NCBI GenBank assembly: GCA_051294905.1
Contig: CM119372.1
Coordinates: 22,446,001-22,510,000 of the forward strand
DNA from: Botryllus schlosseri
Lineage: Eukaryota
Length of the DNA stretch: 64,000 bases
Direction: 5' to 3'
Shown: piece by piece, positions 1 through 12,353 of the stretch
Position numbering within the stretch: position 1 is the first letter of the stretch
Layout of the letters: every line of letters starts with the position of its first letter
Notes under the pieces: model-generated
What the model was told of the DNA's origin: nothing
Database searches by the model: none
The model's input: the letters and a program-made list of their open reading frames with translations, nothing else
Program-made: the position numbers and the translations under genes

Positions 1-34
1 CTAATATGATTTCACGAACGTATCGGTGAATATA

Positions 35-630
35 ATTTAGGTAGCGGGTTGCGTGGTTCCGTTCAAACGGCATTGTCGCCCATATGAAATATTTTATCAC
101 AGTAAATATGACCCATCATAGCGTTTGAAACTACCATTTTGGAATTTAGCATTTACCTATCTTATCGTAATCTAGCAGCCCATGGCGTGTCCTAATCTGG
201 AAAAGTGGACTCTGACTTTTTCTTAGCTTTGCACCTGTTTTAGCAGACCACTGTTGAAACTTACTGGACAAAAGACATGAAATATATTTTACGCTTTTTA
301 AAAGTAGTATTTTTATTTCTCTTTCAATTCCCAACATCATACTTTGAGTTCAAATTAGTTTCAGTTTTTGAGAACATACATGTTGAAGTATAAATGCAAG
401 TGCATATAGTAGTGCCTCTATTTTCCGAAAATATAGCTACACTATATGGCATTATTACGATCAGTCATATTTTTTATTAACGTTTAATAATTGCCTAAAG
501 TGTTTTAACACCATATCCGACACCCCTTCTCCGTGTTAATCTTCGAACTACGGGCCTCCATATTATGTAGGAGGGCGCCATACCATGATGTTTTCTAAAT
601 CGGGGTGTTCGAGTAAACGGAGGATTAGTA
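35..630. repeat. Dispersed repeat, also at about 7190-7620 (probable MITE fragment)
   Basis: Collinear similarity, e.g. gtagc-ggttgcgtgg...gcattgtc-cccatatga...ctggacaaaagaca-gaaatata. Confidence 0.6.
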
Positions 631-1526
631 TCGCATTCCCATATCAATCCTATCATTTTCATCCCATGATGCGGACGAATGCTTATGCTGCCGAAAATAG
701 ATACCTCCTAGGATGCATCAATATGAATCAAGCTCTGCACTTTTCGCATAGCTCAATTTGCAGCTTTTGACAATCTATCCTATGCGAACGAATTACGATC
801 GTTTTCACAACTACTTACTTGAGTATATTTAAACTGAATCAATTCTACTTCTACTTCAAGTAGTTTTAAGATGCTTTTAAAAGGAATACTTCTACTCGTA
901 CTTGAGTAGATTCTTGCGTCGCTACTTCTACTTCTACTTGAGTAGCTTTCTTGACTACTTTGACCACATCTGTATATCCAACATTGTACTATCCAATTCC
1001 GGCGGCAAATTTCGACATTTTGAAATGGCAAAACATAGTATCCCAGTCATGGTGGAAGGGAAAGTGATGTTTTTTCGCACGTTTGAATATGGAGATGGGC
1101 CTATCTGATAGGCACTATCATAGACTTTGGACGAAGACATTGCCAATAAAAAATGAGACATTGATAAGTGTCGCAGCCAGAGGACTGGCGCGATAGCAAT
1201 CGTCGAATTCAGCTGGCCCCGGTTCTTTTGGCTCCTAGCTTTAGTGAAGGGGTCACCAACACGCGGCCCACGGGCCATATACGGCCCGCCAGGTATTATT
1301 TTTTGTCCCGTGACCTCGTTTCGGATTTTGTAAACTATGTATGATTATTGTGTCTTCTGATAGCTTGAAATACTATATTTCAAAAATCCGAATCGTTATC
1401 GCAAATATTTATCCCACGCTTCCAATATTACCCTTTTTCGCTATAAAATGTCGTTGACGTTACTAACAGCGTGCTCGCAAAATACGACAAGCCGGTGAGA
1501 CTATATCCAACTGCAACTCGCGCGAC

Positions 1527-4319
1527 ATGGAAATCATTCCATTTGTCATTTCGGCAAAAATCAGTGACCACAACCATATTGGTTTTCTATCACAAGAACA
1601 ACAAAGGACGCCCCCTGAAACATATCACCTCTGCAGACGACGAGAGTTAGTGGACGAAGAAGCGCTCGATGATGCCGCATTCAATCAATTTAAAACATCA
1701 GCCATCCCCCACATCTCGATAAACAACTTTGACGAAAAATTTGTAGAGTTTATGTCTGCTATCAAATCACTGCTGGAACAATTTGCACCTCTACAGCGCC
1801 TTTCGAGAAGTCAAAGAAAATTGAAGCGAAATCCGTGGATGACCACAAAGCTGATTCAACTTATCCGTAAACGTAACCGGTGGCATAACCGATTAGACAC
1901 CAAGAACTGCCCAGAACATGAACGAGAAAGATTTCGACGTTTCAGGAATCGCACCGTGCATCTCATTTCCAAGGCAAAAGCAAAGTACAATGAGAGATTT
2001 TTCAACAGACACATAAAGGACACTCGAAAAACATGGTCAGGACTTAACTCTCTCCTACATCAAAAAAAGGCCATAAGTCTGTTTCGGAAATTGTGAATTC
2101 GGATACCGGAAACAAACTTTCAGACCCGGCGGCCATCGCGAATCACTTCAATGAATATTTTTGTAACGTAGGCCCAAATATTGCTTCTTCTATTACAAAA
2201 CCTGTGTCGGCCAGGTCAGAGGTGAGATCGATATCCCAGTCAATTGTGCTTGAACCTACGACCAAATACGAAGTAGAAGTAGCCATCCACAAACTGAAAT
2301 CGCACAAGGCCGACGGCTATGACCAAATCCCATCATGGTTTTTAAAAATGATAAGCATGCATATCGGTCAATATATGGCCCATTTTTTCAACTTCATGAT
2401 AGAAAATGGAGTCTACCCAAGCTATCTAAAAAAAGCCAGAGTAGTCCCTGTACACAAAGCTGGGGATAGAAGTAATGTCACCAACTACCGTCCGATATCC
2501 GTTCTCCCATGCATCGGGGTTGTATTCGAAAAGTTGCTCCTCTCCCGCCTGTCCTCATTCCTCGCCAAAATGTCTGTCATTTCCCCTCAACAATTTGGCT
2601 TCCGAAACAAACACCAAACCGCACATGCCCTCCTAACAGTGGCCGAACAGTATTATGATATCTCAGAGAAGCGAAATGTGGGATGTAGCATTTTTCTCGA
2701 TCTAAAAAAAGCGTTTGACTGCGTGGATCATAAAATTCTCATCTCGAAATTGGCGCGCTACGGACTTCGGGGCCCACAACTTGAGCTCATGAAAAGTTAC
2801 CTCACTGGACGCCAACAAATGGTTGCGATCTCAGACACCTTGTCCTCTCCTCACCTGGTGACCTGTGGTGTGCCCCAAGGCTCAGTACTTGGACCAGTCC
2901 TTTTCACCCTATATGTCAACGACATTTTTGAAACCTCTTCATTGAACACCACACTTTTCGCTGATGATACTCACCTCCTCTCTTCAGCATCTTCGACGGC
3001 AGAGCTGGATGCCCTGACTGGTGACCAAATGCCCAAAGTCCATGAGTGGACGGCCCAGAACAACCTCTGCATAAACGCCTCGAAATCGCAATTGCTGACA
3101 GTAAATTCAAAAAATAACCTAACCGTTAATATTGCTGGTCAGCCCGTTTCCAACACAGATAATGCCAAATATCTCGGGGTTTTACTGGACTCGAACATGT
3201 CCTGGAAGAGTCATATTCAGTCCCTAGAAACTAAATTATTAGCGAAGTGCGGCCTGTTCTACAGCCTTAGGCGCTTCATGCCAGCATGGGTTCTTCTGAT
3301 ACTCTTTAAATCCTTAATCCAATCGAAGTTACACTATGGCATCCTCTGTTGGGGGGCTGCCAGTAAAACTGCACTCAAGCCACTGCAAAAACTACAACAT
3401 AAAGTACTCCGAATCATAGCTAGGGCTGGGCACAATGATTCGAGTACTCGAATCTGAATCGAGTAGTAATTTTAATGATTCGAGTCGAGTAGTAAAAGAC
3501 GATTTTTTCGAGTACTGAAATTATACGGTCCTCGCAACTGAAAGTTAATTTACTGACGAGAATTAAAGTTTTGATACTATTTTCCACTGAGGAAGCCTTG
3601 GAATCTCGATTGGCCGTGTCTCAGAATATCAGGCACATTACAAAGCTACGAACGTTACTGGAAAAAACACATTTCCGAAGTCATGATCATCCCATAACAT
3701 TGTTAGGAAGTGTAATGAAATCGGTATGGTCTAAAAAATACCAACGTATCTTTAATGTGACGGACAACAGGCATTACGTTCTTTGTGGTCGCATAAAAGG
3801 TACATATTTGGACTTCGACCTAGTACATTCTGTTGTGACGTCATAATGAGTGATACTCGATTACTCGACTCGACTCGAAGCATATTACGTGATTCAGAAT
3901 CGAATCACTCAGGTACTCGATTTTGCCCAGCCCTAATCATAGCTAGGGCCCCAAAGGGGCCTGGCTGCCCATCCAACAAGTCGCTGCTGAAGAGATTCGG
4001 CGTCCTAAACATAGAAGATATGCGGAAACTAGAAATCGCCAAGTTTATGTATCAGTTCCACTGCGGTCGTTGCCCCGAATATTTCAATGACTTCTTTACC
4101 TCGGAATCAAAAGCGCACAAGTACAACACACGCGCGTCCACGTCGTCCAAATATCATATGATCGACCGAAAAGATCATCGCTCTATCAAATATGCCGGAC
4201 CTGATGTGTGGAACAGTATCCCGCCGGCCATCCGACAGTCGACGAGCATGTCCACATTCAAGTCGAAATACAAGCAATTACTACTAAATCCATCCTCAAG
4301 ATTACCGGACCACGACTGA
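1527..4319 (+). pseudogene. LINE ORF2 (endonuclease end + reverse transcriptase), frameshifted near 2061-2095 and split by a MITE at 3421-3935
   Basis: RT motifs NYRPISVL, QFGFR, FLDLKKAFDCVDH, GVPQGSVLGP, LFADDT, KYLGV; removing the MITE and one TSD rejoins LRIIA-RAPKG in frame to the stop at 4319. Confidence 0.92.
3421..3935. mobile_element. hAT MITE (TAGGGCTGGGCA TIR, ACTCGA-rich subtermini)
   Basis: TIR tagggctgggca / tgcccagcccta; perfect 8-bp TSD atcatagc (3413-3420, 3936-3943); sister copy at 27492-28026. Confidence 0.93.
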
Positions 4320-4673
4320 CCTATCGATCTCGCTTCCCATGACATGCCGCCCTATTTATTGTCGCTTTCTTTTTCTATACTATCTTCTTTACTTTCATTC
4401 AGTGTGCATGCCTCCTCTTTACATCGCCTAGGCCAAGGTGGGTGTCAGATTCCATAGACTGCTCCTTGTCGCTTCGACACCTCCCTGTCTTTTCATTGTA
4501 TCGCATTTTTTGTGGTGTATTGAACTGATAAAAATTGCTAATAAACCAATGATGATGATGATGACATACAGGCAATCAGCAAGTCATGGTCATCATAATG
4601 GGTCCGAGTTACGCTCGCGACTGACAGAGCATCTCCAAGCGGTCTTGACACCTGCAAATCAAAGACTTATCAT

Positions 4674-5775
4674 TAGGGCAAGTTTTTGCAACTTTTGCAA
4701 CTTTTTTTTACAGCTTCCTACAGCTTCCTAGATACTCAGAATACAATAACCTATTGCAATCAGTTACATATACCGTTCACCATACGCAACCTACTCTCGT
4801 CATCGCAATTGTCCACCGCCGTCGCTGAGTTCGTGATAAGTTGTAATATGTTCATTTAGTTACTGCTTGATTTGAATTTCCTGATGACCGTGGCGCACAA
4901 GGCCATAAATGGCGAAAAGCACCACTCATGTTTGTAATAATAATAATAATAATAATACTCAGAATCTATGTAATATGATGGTTTAAGGTTAAGCTGTTTG
5001 GAGGGATTTACAGTGCAACTTTTTGCAACTTTTCTCTATTTTTCATACCAATTTTTACTGCAACTTTTATCAAATATTGCGTCAAAATGTAAAGGAGTGA
5101 TTTAAAAACTTGCTATACGCTATTTCTAGTATGGTTCTATTCTCTTTAATTTGCATAAAAAAGAGTTATATGATGAGTTAGCTGCATCTCACTATGTTAT
5201 CTATGACACAATGGCTTGCAAGCCAATAGTTCAACTACTCCGCCAAGCACGACCGTGTTCGAACAATATGTAAATAGATCGCTTTATTGGTGCTGTCGTT
5301 TAAATTTGAGGTAGTTTCACATTTCACAAACGTCCAGACGGGACCACTGAAAATTACATTTAAGCTGGGTCACATTATTCAGGGTATAGATTTTGTTACA
5401 GTCGCCAAGAGTGAGTTTCTCTGCAACGCCTTTGGTCAAGTTTGCAGACCTAGGGGATTCGGGGTGGGGTATTTGACTTGTTTTAGGGAGAGTGGGCTAT
5501 AGCTATGCTGTTTGGCTTTTTTGGGGAAATTATTCCCGCATTGCGGAGTTTTATCGCTATGTGCCGGTAAAAAACGTAATTTTTGGCGGTTTCGCCAGAC
5601 CGTGCGTTAAATGGCAACAAAGTCACAAAAATGACAGCTTTGCAGGAACTAGGTTATACAACAGAACCTTTCAAGTATCTCATACCCTAATAATTCAACA
5701 AAAATTATAAATGCAACTTTTGTTAAAAATAAATGCAACTTTCTCGAAATTTTAGGGCAGCAAAAACTTGCCCTA
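4674..5775. mobile_element. hAT MITE (TAGGGCAAGTTTT TIR, TTGCAAC repeats)
   Basis: TIR tagggcaagttttt / aaaaacttgcccta; TSD cttatcat / cttatcac; relatives at 56447-56856 and about 22000-22444. Confidence 0.85.
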
Positions 5776-5897
5776 CTTATCACTTATCAGCGCACAGTCG
5801 CAGCAAAGAGCAGCCAGATATCGGGTGCGGGATCTACAACAGACATGACATGACAATCATGCCAGGACATCATCAATACATATACATTCCTTTTACC

Positions 5898-6179
5898 TAG
5901 GGTTACCATACGTCCGTGACGCCAACCAGCGAAGACGGACGTTCGCGCGGGTAATTCGGGGTTCGATTGAAAGTGTCGACCTTATTTTTTAGCCAACCCC
6001 ACAAAATTTATATAAAAAGTGGGTAAACTGAGGGTCGGATCAAAGTGATGACCTTTTTTAGTCAACTCACAAAATTTCATAGCAAAAATAGCGAAATCGG
6101 CTGTTTTCGGTCTTAATCAACTAACTTTTCTGATTGGGTAAAATGTACTCCTTTCTAGATTCCAAAATATGGTAAACCA
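5898..6179. mobile_element. hAT MITE (TAGGGTTACCATA family, short)
   Basis: TIR tagggttaccata / tatggtaaacca; perfect TSD cttttacc. Confidence 0.85.
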
Positions 6180-6416
6180 CTTTTACCAATAAGTATACAA
6201 CGCGTGTTATACAACAATACGTTACATTGATTTTGTGCCTTTTCAGCGTTGCTAAGAGCTAATCAGGTGGCAAATATTGGGTGTCGATATTAAAATCGAT
6301 CGGCCCGCGGTGTCTATCGAGTTCAGAAAGTGGCCCGCGACTCATTTTGAGTTGGTGGCCTTTGCTTTACTGAGACCAGCCAAGTGGCTAGCAGTACTGA
6401 CTGTGGTTACTATTAA

Positions 6417-6948
6417 AGGGGCACTGCGCTCTAAAAATGATGTGGTCTCAAATTGAAGGGCAAAACGAAAGAAAAATTTTGGCCGCAGCCGTTCTTTCCA
6501 GAACGCCACCGTAATGGAGCTGTAATGTATTGAAATTTCCAGAGTTGCAGCACGCTCCAGCAGTCACGCAGAGATCAAACTTTATATAGTTGTCAGCCGA
6601 TGTTATGATGGAAATATGTCGTACACGCCAAGGTGGTTTAGATACCGCGTTCAACGGAAGATGTCCAGTCAGGAGATTTATGTCAAAATCGGGCCTAGTG
6701 TATTCTATTTCCTTATGTTATGTTATGTTATGACAACTATATAAAGTTTGATCTCTGCGTGACTGCTGGAGCGTGATGCAACTCTGGAAATTTCAATACA
6801 TTACAGCTCCATTACCAGGGATATCTAGAACTTCTAGATATCCCTGTCCATTACGGTGGCGTTCTGAAGAAAACGGCTGCGGCCAAAATTTTTCTTTCGT
6901 TTTGCCCTTCAATTTGAGACCACGTCATTTTTAGAGCGCAGTGCCCCT
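6417..6948. mobile_element. Long-TIR palindromic MITE with TTAA TSD (Kolobok-like)
   Basis: About 180-bp inverted arms (6417-6595 vs 6731-6948), flanked by TTAA, termini AGG...CCT; partial relative at about 17120-17228. Confidence 0.8.
6816..6846. mobile_element. 31-bp hAT micro-element (TIRs only)
   Basis: cagggatatctagaa-c-ttctagatatccctg flanked by perfect 8-bp TSD tccattac; absent from the opposite arm of the host palindrome. Confidence 0.85.
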
Positions 6949-7978
6949 TTAATGACGTTATGTAGCCTAACAGAACCGGCCGAAGGTATGACTTTTCGGA
7001 TGGGATCGGTGGAAGAAATTTGAATCCGACTACTGGCGAAAAGGTACCACCAAGGACTACCAACAATAATAATAATAATAAATAAATTTTTACAATTCAA
7101 GCTAAGTCCAGAATTTTCCTCGTCGCGTTTTTTTGCGGAATAGATGTGTTGTAATAAATCTATTTCTGGAAAAGTATCGGTCAATACAATTTATGTAGCA
7201 GGTTGCGTGGTCCCTTTCACACCGCATTGTCACCCATATGACAAGTATTTTCACAGTAAATACAGCTCAGCATGATATTTGGAACTATACACTATACAGG
7301 TATCGTAATAGAAGCACATGGTATATCCTTATCTGGTAGAAGTGGTCCTTGACTTTTGAGAATTAGACCCTGTTAGACCACCATTAAATATTTTCTGGAC
7401 AAAAGACACGAAATATATTTTACACTTTCAAAAAACTGTATTTTGCATGGAGCCCATGCATGTTGAAGTTCAAAACTGTGCAGTGTTGCCTCTATTTCCC
7501 AAAGTTTAAAGTTAAATGTAAATTACATTTTTCGATCTATCATATTTTTAGGTAACCTGCTAAACGTTCGAAGATGAGTTTGAGTAATGTAGTATCCGAT
7601 ACTTCCCCGTAACGCTCTTCGTCTAGGAGCCTAGGAGCCCAATAATTCAAGGGGCATCATTCCGTGACATTTTCTGCAACAAGGTGAGATTGAGCGGGCA
7701 AACAAAAGTTAAAAACCGCTGTTCCACGGCAATAAGCTGTCATTTGTATCCATGATGTGGTCGAATTCTTAGGCATTTGAAAGTTTCTGCCTCCGAGGAT
7801 GCAGCAGCACGAAGCCAGTACTCTGCACCGTCCACGTAGCTCGGTTTCCCGCTTTAGAAAGTCCATGACAGGGTATTTATGACTGCTTTTCACAGCTACG
7901 TACTTATTTACCTGAGTAGAGATTCAAAGCCAGCCAATTATACTTCTACTTGAAGTAGTTTTAGGTTGCCATTAAAAA

Positions 7979-9098
7979 TAGGGTTACCATATTTCTGCGA
8001 CCCAAATTCCGGACACTCTTCAGCGCCCACTAGTGGATTTCAAAATGAGTTATGACGTCACAATAGCAAAGCTTTGCTCACAGACCAGAGGTGGTCACGA
8101 TCCGGTTCAGGAGTAATTATGCAGACTGTGTGTTGTCTACCCGGGATCGAAAGCACATGTTTTCAGCCCCTTCCCACCCAAATAAACAATGATTTTTAGT
8201 CCACACTATGGGGTAATCGATGCAACTTAATTATGGGCAGGGGTGCTTTCTATATGCATCTGGTCGTTAAATTTTTTGAATGAATTCTGTCAATAATATT
8301 GGTTGTTCCATATATTACTATAGCGATACTACTCTCCGCCCACATGATCAGAGTTAGCGGTAGAGCTGGTGGAGGATGATGAGTTCGAAAATACAGGAAG
8401 CTTAATTGTACATCGTTAAGTCATGTTCATGTCCTGCCGATAAGATTAATTATCAGCCTTATGCCGGTGCGCACCACGGAGCTTCATAAACACCCTAGAT
8501 CCAGTAGTTTCTAACCTTTTATGGTCGCGACTCCATCTCCAATTTGAAAAGGTTCCGTGGCCCAGATCAAAATTTGACGAGCTGATTACTAAAAGAAGTC
8601 AGCACCTTTGCCCAGACTTAGCCTACTCACGGGCTATTTCGGAAGCTGATTACGTTCAACATATTCGCAAACCCCAGAATAAAGGCAAACGACCCACACG
8701 CTTGAAATCACTATCTTTGAATAAAGCACTTAAACGACCTTAACGATCTCTAGGAATATACCGTTCTCCTATAATTGCGATTACAATTAGGCTTATTCCA
8801 GTAAATGAGGGTTGTTTTTATTTGTATTTTATTGCAGTTTTTGCGAGACTGGTAGTCTCCATATTCAAATCAATAAATGTGATATTAAATCGCGCGTAGC
8901 GCGAAGAAAAATATCATGCATAAGCATAAATAGTCCCAAAAATAAGGTTTTTATGTTGATTTACGAAAAAATTATGAGCCTACGTCAAGTCTTGAAAATT
9001 CCGGACATTTGGCATATCTTAGAAATTCCTCCCGGACGCTAGCTTGAGCAGTGAAATTCCGGACATGTCCGGGAAATTCCGGACGTATGGCAACCCAA
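7979..9098. mobile_element. Composite hAT MITE (TAGGGTTACCATA family, TTCCGGAC repeats)
   Basis: TIR tagggttaccata / tatggcaaccca; TSD about cattaaaa; collinear with 13603-14717; interrupts a CTACTT/TACTTGAGTA-type MITE. Confidence 0.8.
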
Positions 9099-9746
9099 CA
9101 TTAAAAGTACTACTTGTACTAGTACTTGAGTTGATTTTCGCGCCGCTGCTTCAAATTCTACTTGAATAGCTTTATTATGGACTACTTTCACCCCCTCTGT
9201 ATTCCGCAGCCCCGCGCTTCGAATCCAAAAAACACCAGGTTTACGTTTAAAAATGAAGGAACCGTGTCCGTGATAATTACGTAATTTCATTTGAACCTCT
9301 GGCATTTGAATAATGGGCATATAGGTAATCTGAATATTCTTATCTATGGTAGCATATGGTAGAGTAGTTATATAGTATACTGTTCCTTATATTCACGATG
9401 TTTTTATGGTAGGATAAAGGCTTCAAAGTAGATATAAGACAAAGTTAGTGAACTATATGGTACCTATTTTCGTAGGAGCTCATATTAAGCTTGCATAAGC
9501 TTCTATTAGCCTATACTTTATATCCTGCTTCAACCTCATTGGTCGGTATTGATTTTATCGAACCATGTAAACCCCATCCCGAAAATCTAGGTTCCATAAA
9601 CTGGACAACGACTACTAAAGTATTGACTGGAGAGATAATTCTACTCTAAAATGAATCGAATGAAGTTCTGGACGGCGATGCTAGTAGGTAAAGTTAATTA
9701 TCCAGCATTCCTTCTAGATTGGGAAACAGACCCATAGGCTAATTAT

Positions 9747-11643
9747 CAGGACTGAAACAGCACTTCGTCAGTCCCCCCAAAAAAAGTTGGTCTTCGGCCC
9801 ACATAAGGTGATAAACCAAACCTCAGGGGGCTTCCAGACTTCCCATAACGCTATGCGTTTTTCCCGCTACTTATCAGTGGGATTAGTTGTACTGTTTAGC
9901 GAGACAGCTTGTTCCGCTTAAGCGCGCGAAGCGCGAAAACTTTCTTTAATCCAGTGGTTCCCAACCTTTTTCGACTCATCGCCCCCTATTGAAGCTCCAC
10001 ACCGATCATCGCCCCCCAAATATTGGGAACCGAAAGATGGGCATACAAACTTGGGTCACCGGCGAGTGGACTAATAAAAAAAGGTCAACTTTCCGGCTCG
10101 ACCTCGAAATTACACTTTTACAGCTAAATTTTCGTGAGTTGACTAGAAAAAGGCTATTTCTCCGACTTGACTCCCATCAGGACCGTAACAGCACTTCGTC
10201 AGCCCCCCCTCAATAAAAACGTTGGTCTTGGGCCCCCATAGGGAGATAAACCAAACCTCAAACCCCTCAGCCAGTGGGCTTTACGTCGCTACATATCGGC
10301 TATACCCTAAGGCGCCTATGGACAATTAAACACTTACATATGTACATATATTTCGGAGTTCTCGGTCAGCACAAGAGCATTCTTTTTCGGCCAAGTTTTT
10401 CTCGCTACTGATCGTCCTGGCACACTTCTTTGCATGTTACATGACCTATAACTTCATATGTCTTGGTGCGTCGTGGCGCAGTAATGGCCGACGCCGGAGT
10501 CTCCATTTCCACAAATCATGCGTATTTTTGTTGAGGGAAGGGTAGCGTACCCCAAAATCAAGATATATGACAATATGAAATCGCGCGCAGCACGAAAATT
10601 TTTTGTGAAAGTTGCATGAATTTCTAAAATATTTTATGTTAATTCACGAAATAATTTTAGGCTCTCTTCGAGTTCGGTCCAACAATTGGGGGTTTGGGGT
10701 GCAGCAGTTACGGTCCAGACTCCAATATAGCCGTTTTATCGCGAAATCGCCCCCCTATCGCCCCCTTCGTTGTTTTCGCCCCCTTCGTCCGTTTTCGCCC
10801 CCCCTATCACCCCCTTCGGTATTTTCGCCCCCCTAGACAGCTAAATCGCCCCCTGGGGGCGATATCGCCCACGTTGGGAACCACTGATTTAATCCATGAT
10901 TGAATCGATCAATATAACCGGGAATTACATATATATTGCAATCAATTTTTATCCTCTCTCTCTTGGAAAATGTAGGACTCGTAAATAATAAATTAAACTT
11001 ATTCGGGCGGACCCGTTGGTTTACTGACTTCGTTTTATGATGTTATTTCGTGACCTCCTGTCTGTTAACCAAAAGATATATTGAAATCGTCCAAAAGTAC
11101 CTAACTAACAGACGCACACGATTTCATATTGGTACTTATTCACTGGAAAATTATCTTTCTCTGCGGGTGGCATTTGTCAGGCGGGGTTTCGATTGCCTGG
11201 ACAGGAACATTCGGCGCCAGCCATTTAGGCGCCAATGGACACTCAAACATATCGAAGTTTACGATCGGCATAAGGGCAGTCATTATTGGCCAAGGTTTTC
11301 TTGCTGCCGCTCGTCTGACACACTTCTCGGAGTCGCATGTTACGTGAGCTAGAACTTCATATCTCTTGGTGCGTCGTGGCGCGGTAATGGCCGACGTCGA
11401 AATGCCCATTTCTATAAATCATGCGTATTTCTTCTTGGGAGAAGGGTATGCCGAAGAATCAAGAGTCAAGACACTCGGCAACATTAAACCGCGCAAATCG
11501 TGAAAAAAATTTCAATAAGTTGCATGATTTTCAAACAAACGCTATATAATTTACGCTAATTCACGAAATAATTTTGGCCCCCCTTTGAGCTCGCCCCCCC
11601 CCTCACCCCGATTGGGGATTTGGATGCGGCAGTTACGGTTCTG
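9747..11643 (+). mobile_element. hAT MITE family A (CAGGACCGTAAC TIR) with nested insertions
   Basis: TSD ctaattat / ctaactat; contains 9952-10886 (CAGTGGTTCCCAAC TIR, TSD ctttaatc / atttaatc), which contains a family-A copy at 10178-10718 (TSD actcccat / actccaat). Confidence 0.85.
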
Positions 11644-12353
11644 CTAACTATGCTTCTGCTTTCAGGCCATCAAGCTATGTATAACCTACCAGGCAAAGTT
11701 CCGGCCTACCAGGTGTTTCCACCGTCACTACGACTTCATAAAAAGGCATCAAGACTGGGCAGGACATGTCGGATTTGACTCAGTACGATCGCTCTATTTC
11801 TAGCATAGTCGTCACGATTCGTTGAACTATTTGGGAACATATGAAGTATCGTTGCTCTCAGTGTCAGGGCATAATAATGAAACTATTATGCCGATGTGCT
11901 GCGTGAAAGATTTAATCCAGCCCGCCGAGATACACCTCGTTTGGTGTAACCTATAACGATTAACACCGACACCCCGATTACGAAACATGACACTACTACG
12001 GCATGGGCACTTGGGCAGTGATCACAGATTCAAGCCAGGGACAAATTATAACTTTGTATTAACAACGTTACGAGACATCAGATGCCTAATGATATTCATA
12101 GCACAAGCTACACGATGACATATTTTATGAATATATAATTATGGTTAATGGTTATGTCCATCATATCAATATAAGTGGCCGTTGTTTAAATACCCTGTTA
12201 CTGTTACTTGTTCCCACCCACTAATGAATTTGAATACTCCTGATGTATATTTTATTTCAATTGGGAGCATTGATGAGCAATTGTTCCTAATTTTCGCCCA
12301 TCAGATGCTATATATTGATTAAAGAACGAACACAAAATGAAGAGCCGAGGTTG

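Larger units (their letters stand above)
1500..4564 (+). mobile_element. 5'-truncated non-LTR retrotransposon (CR1/L2/Crack-group LINE)
   Basis: ORF2 remnant from the APE C-terminal SDH motif (ISDHNH) through RT; 3' UTR with AATAAA and (GAT)n tail at about 4540-4564; 5' junction approximate. Confidence 0.9.
1247..6364. mobile_element. hAT-type non-autonomous element (CAGGGGTCACCAAC-type ends) expanded by nested LINE and MITE insertions
   Basis: Left end aaggggtcaccaac at 1247, right end gttggtggcctttg at 6351-6364; 8-bp TSD ctttagtg (1239-1246) / ctttactg (6365-6372); ggcccg subterminal repeats at both ends. Confidence 0.7.

Noticed and set aside
12281..12295. gaaaa-tt-aggaacaa (minus strand) as a paramyxovirus gene junction
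   Set aside because: Lacks a proper gene-end tract and the CTT intergenic triplet; too short to separate from chance
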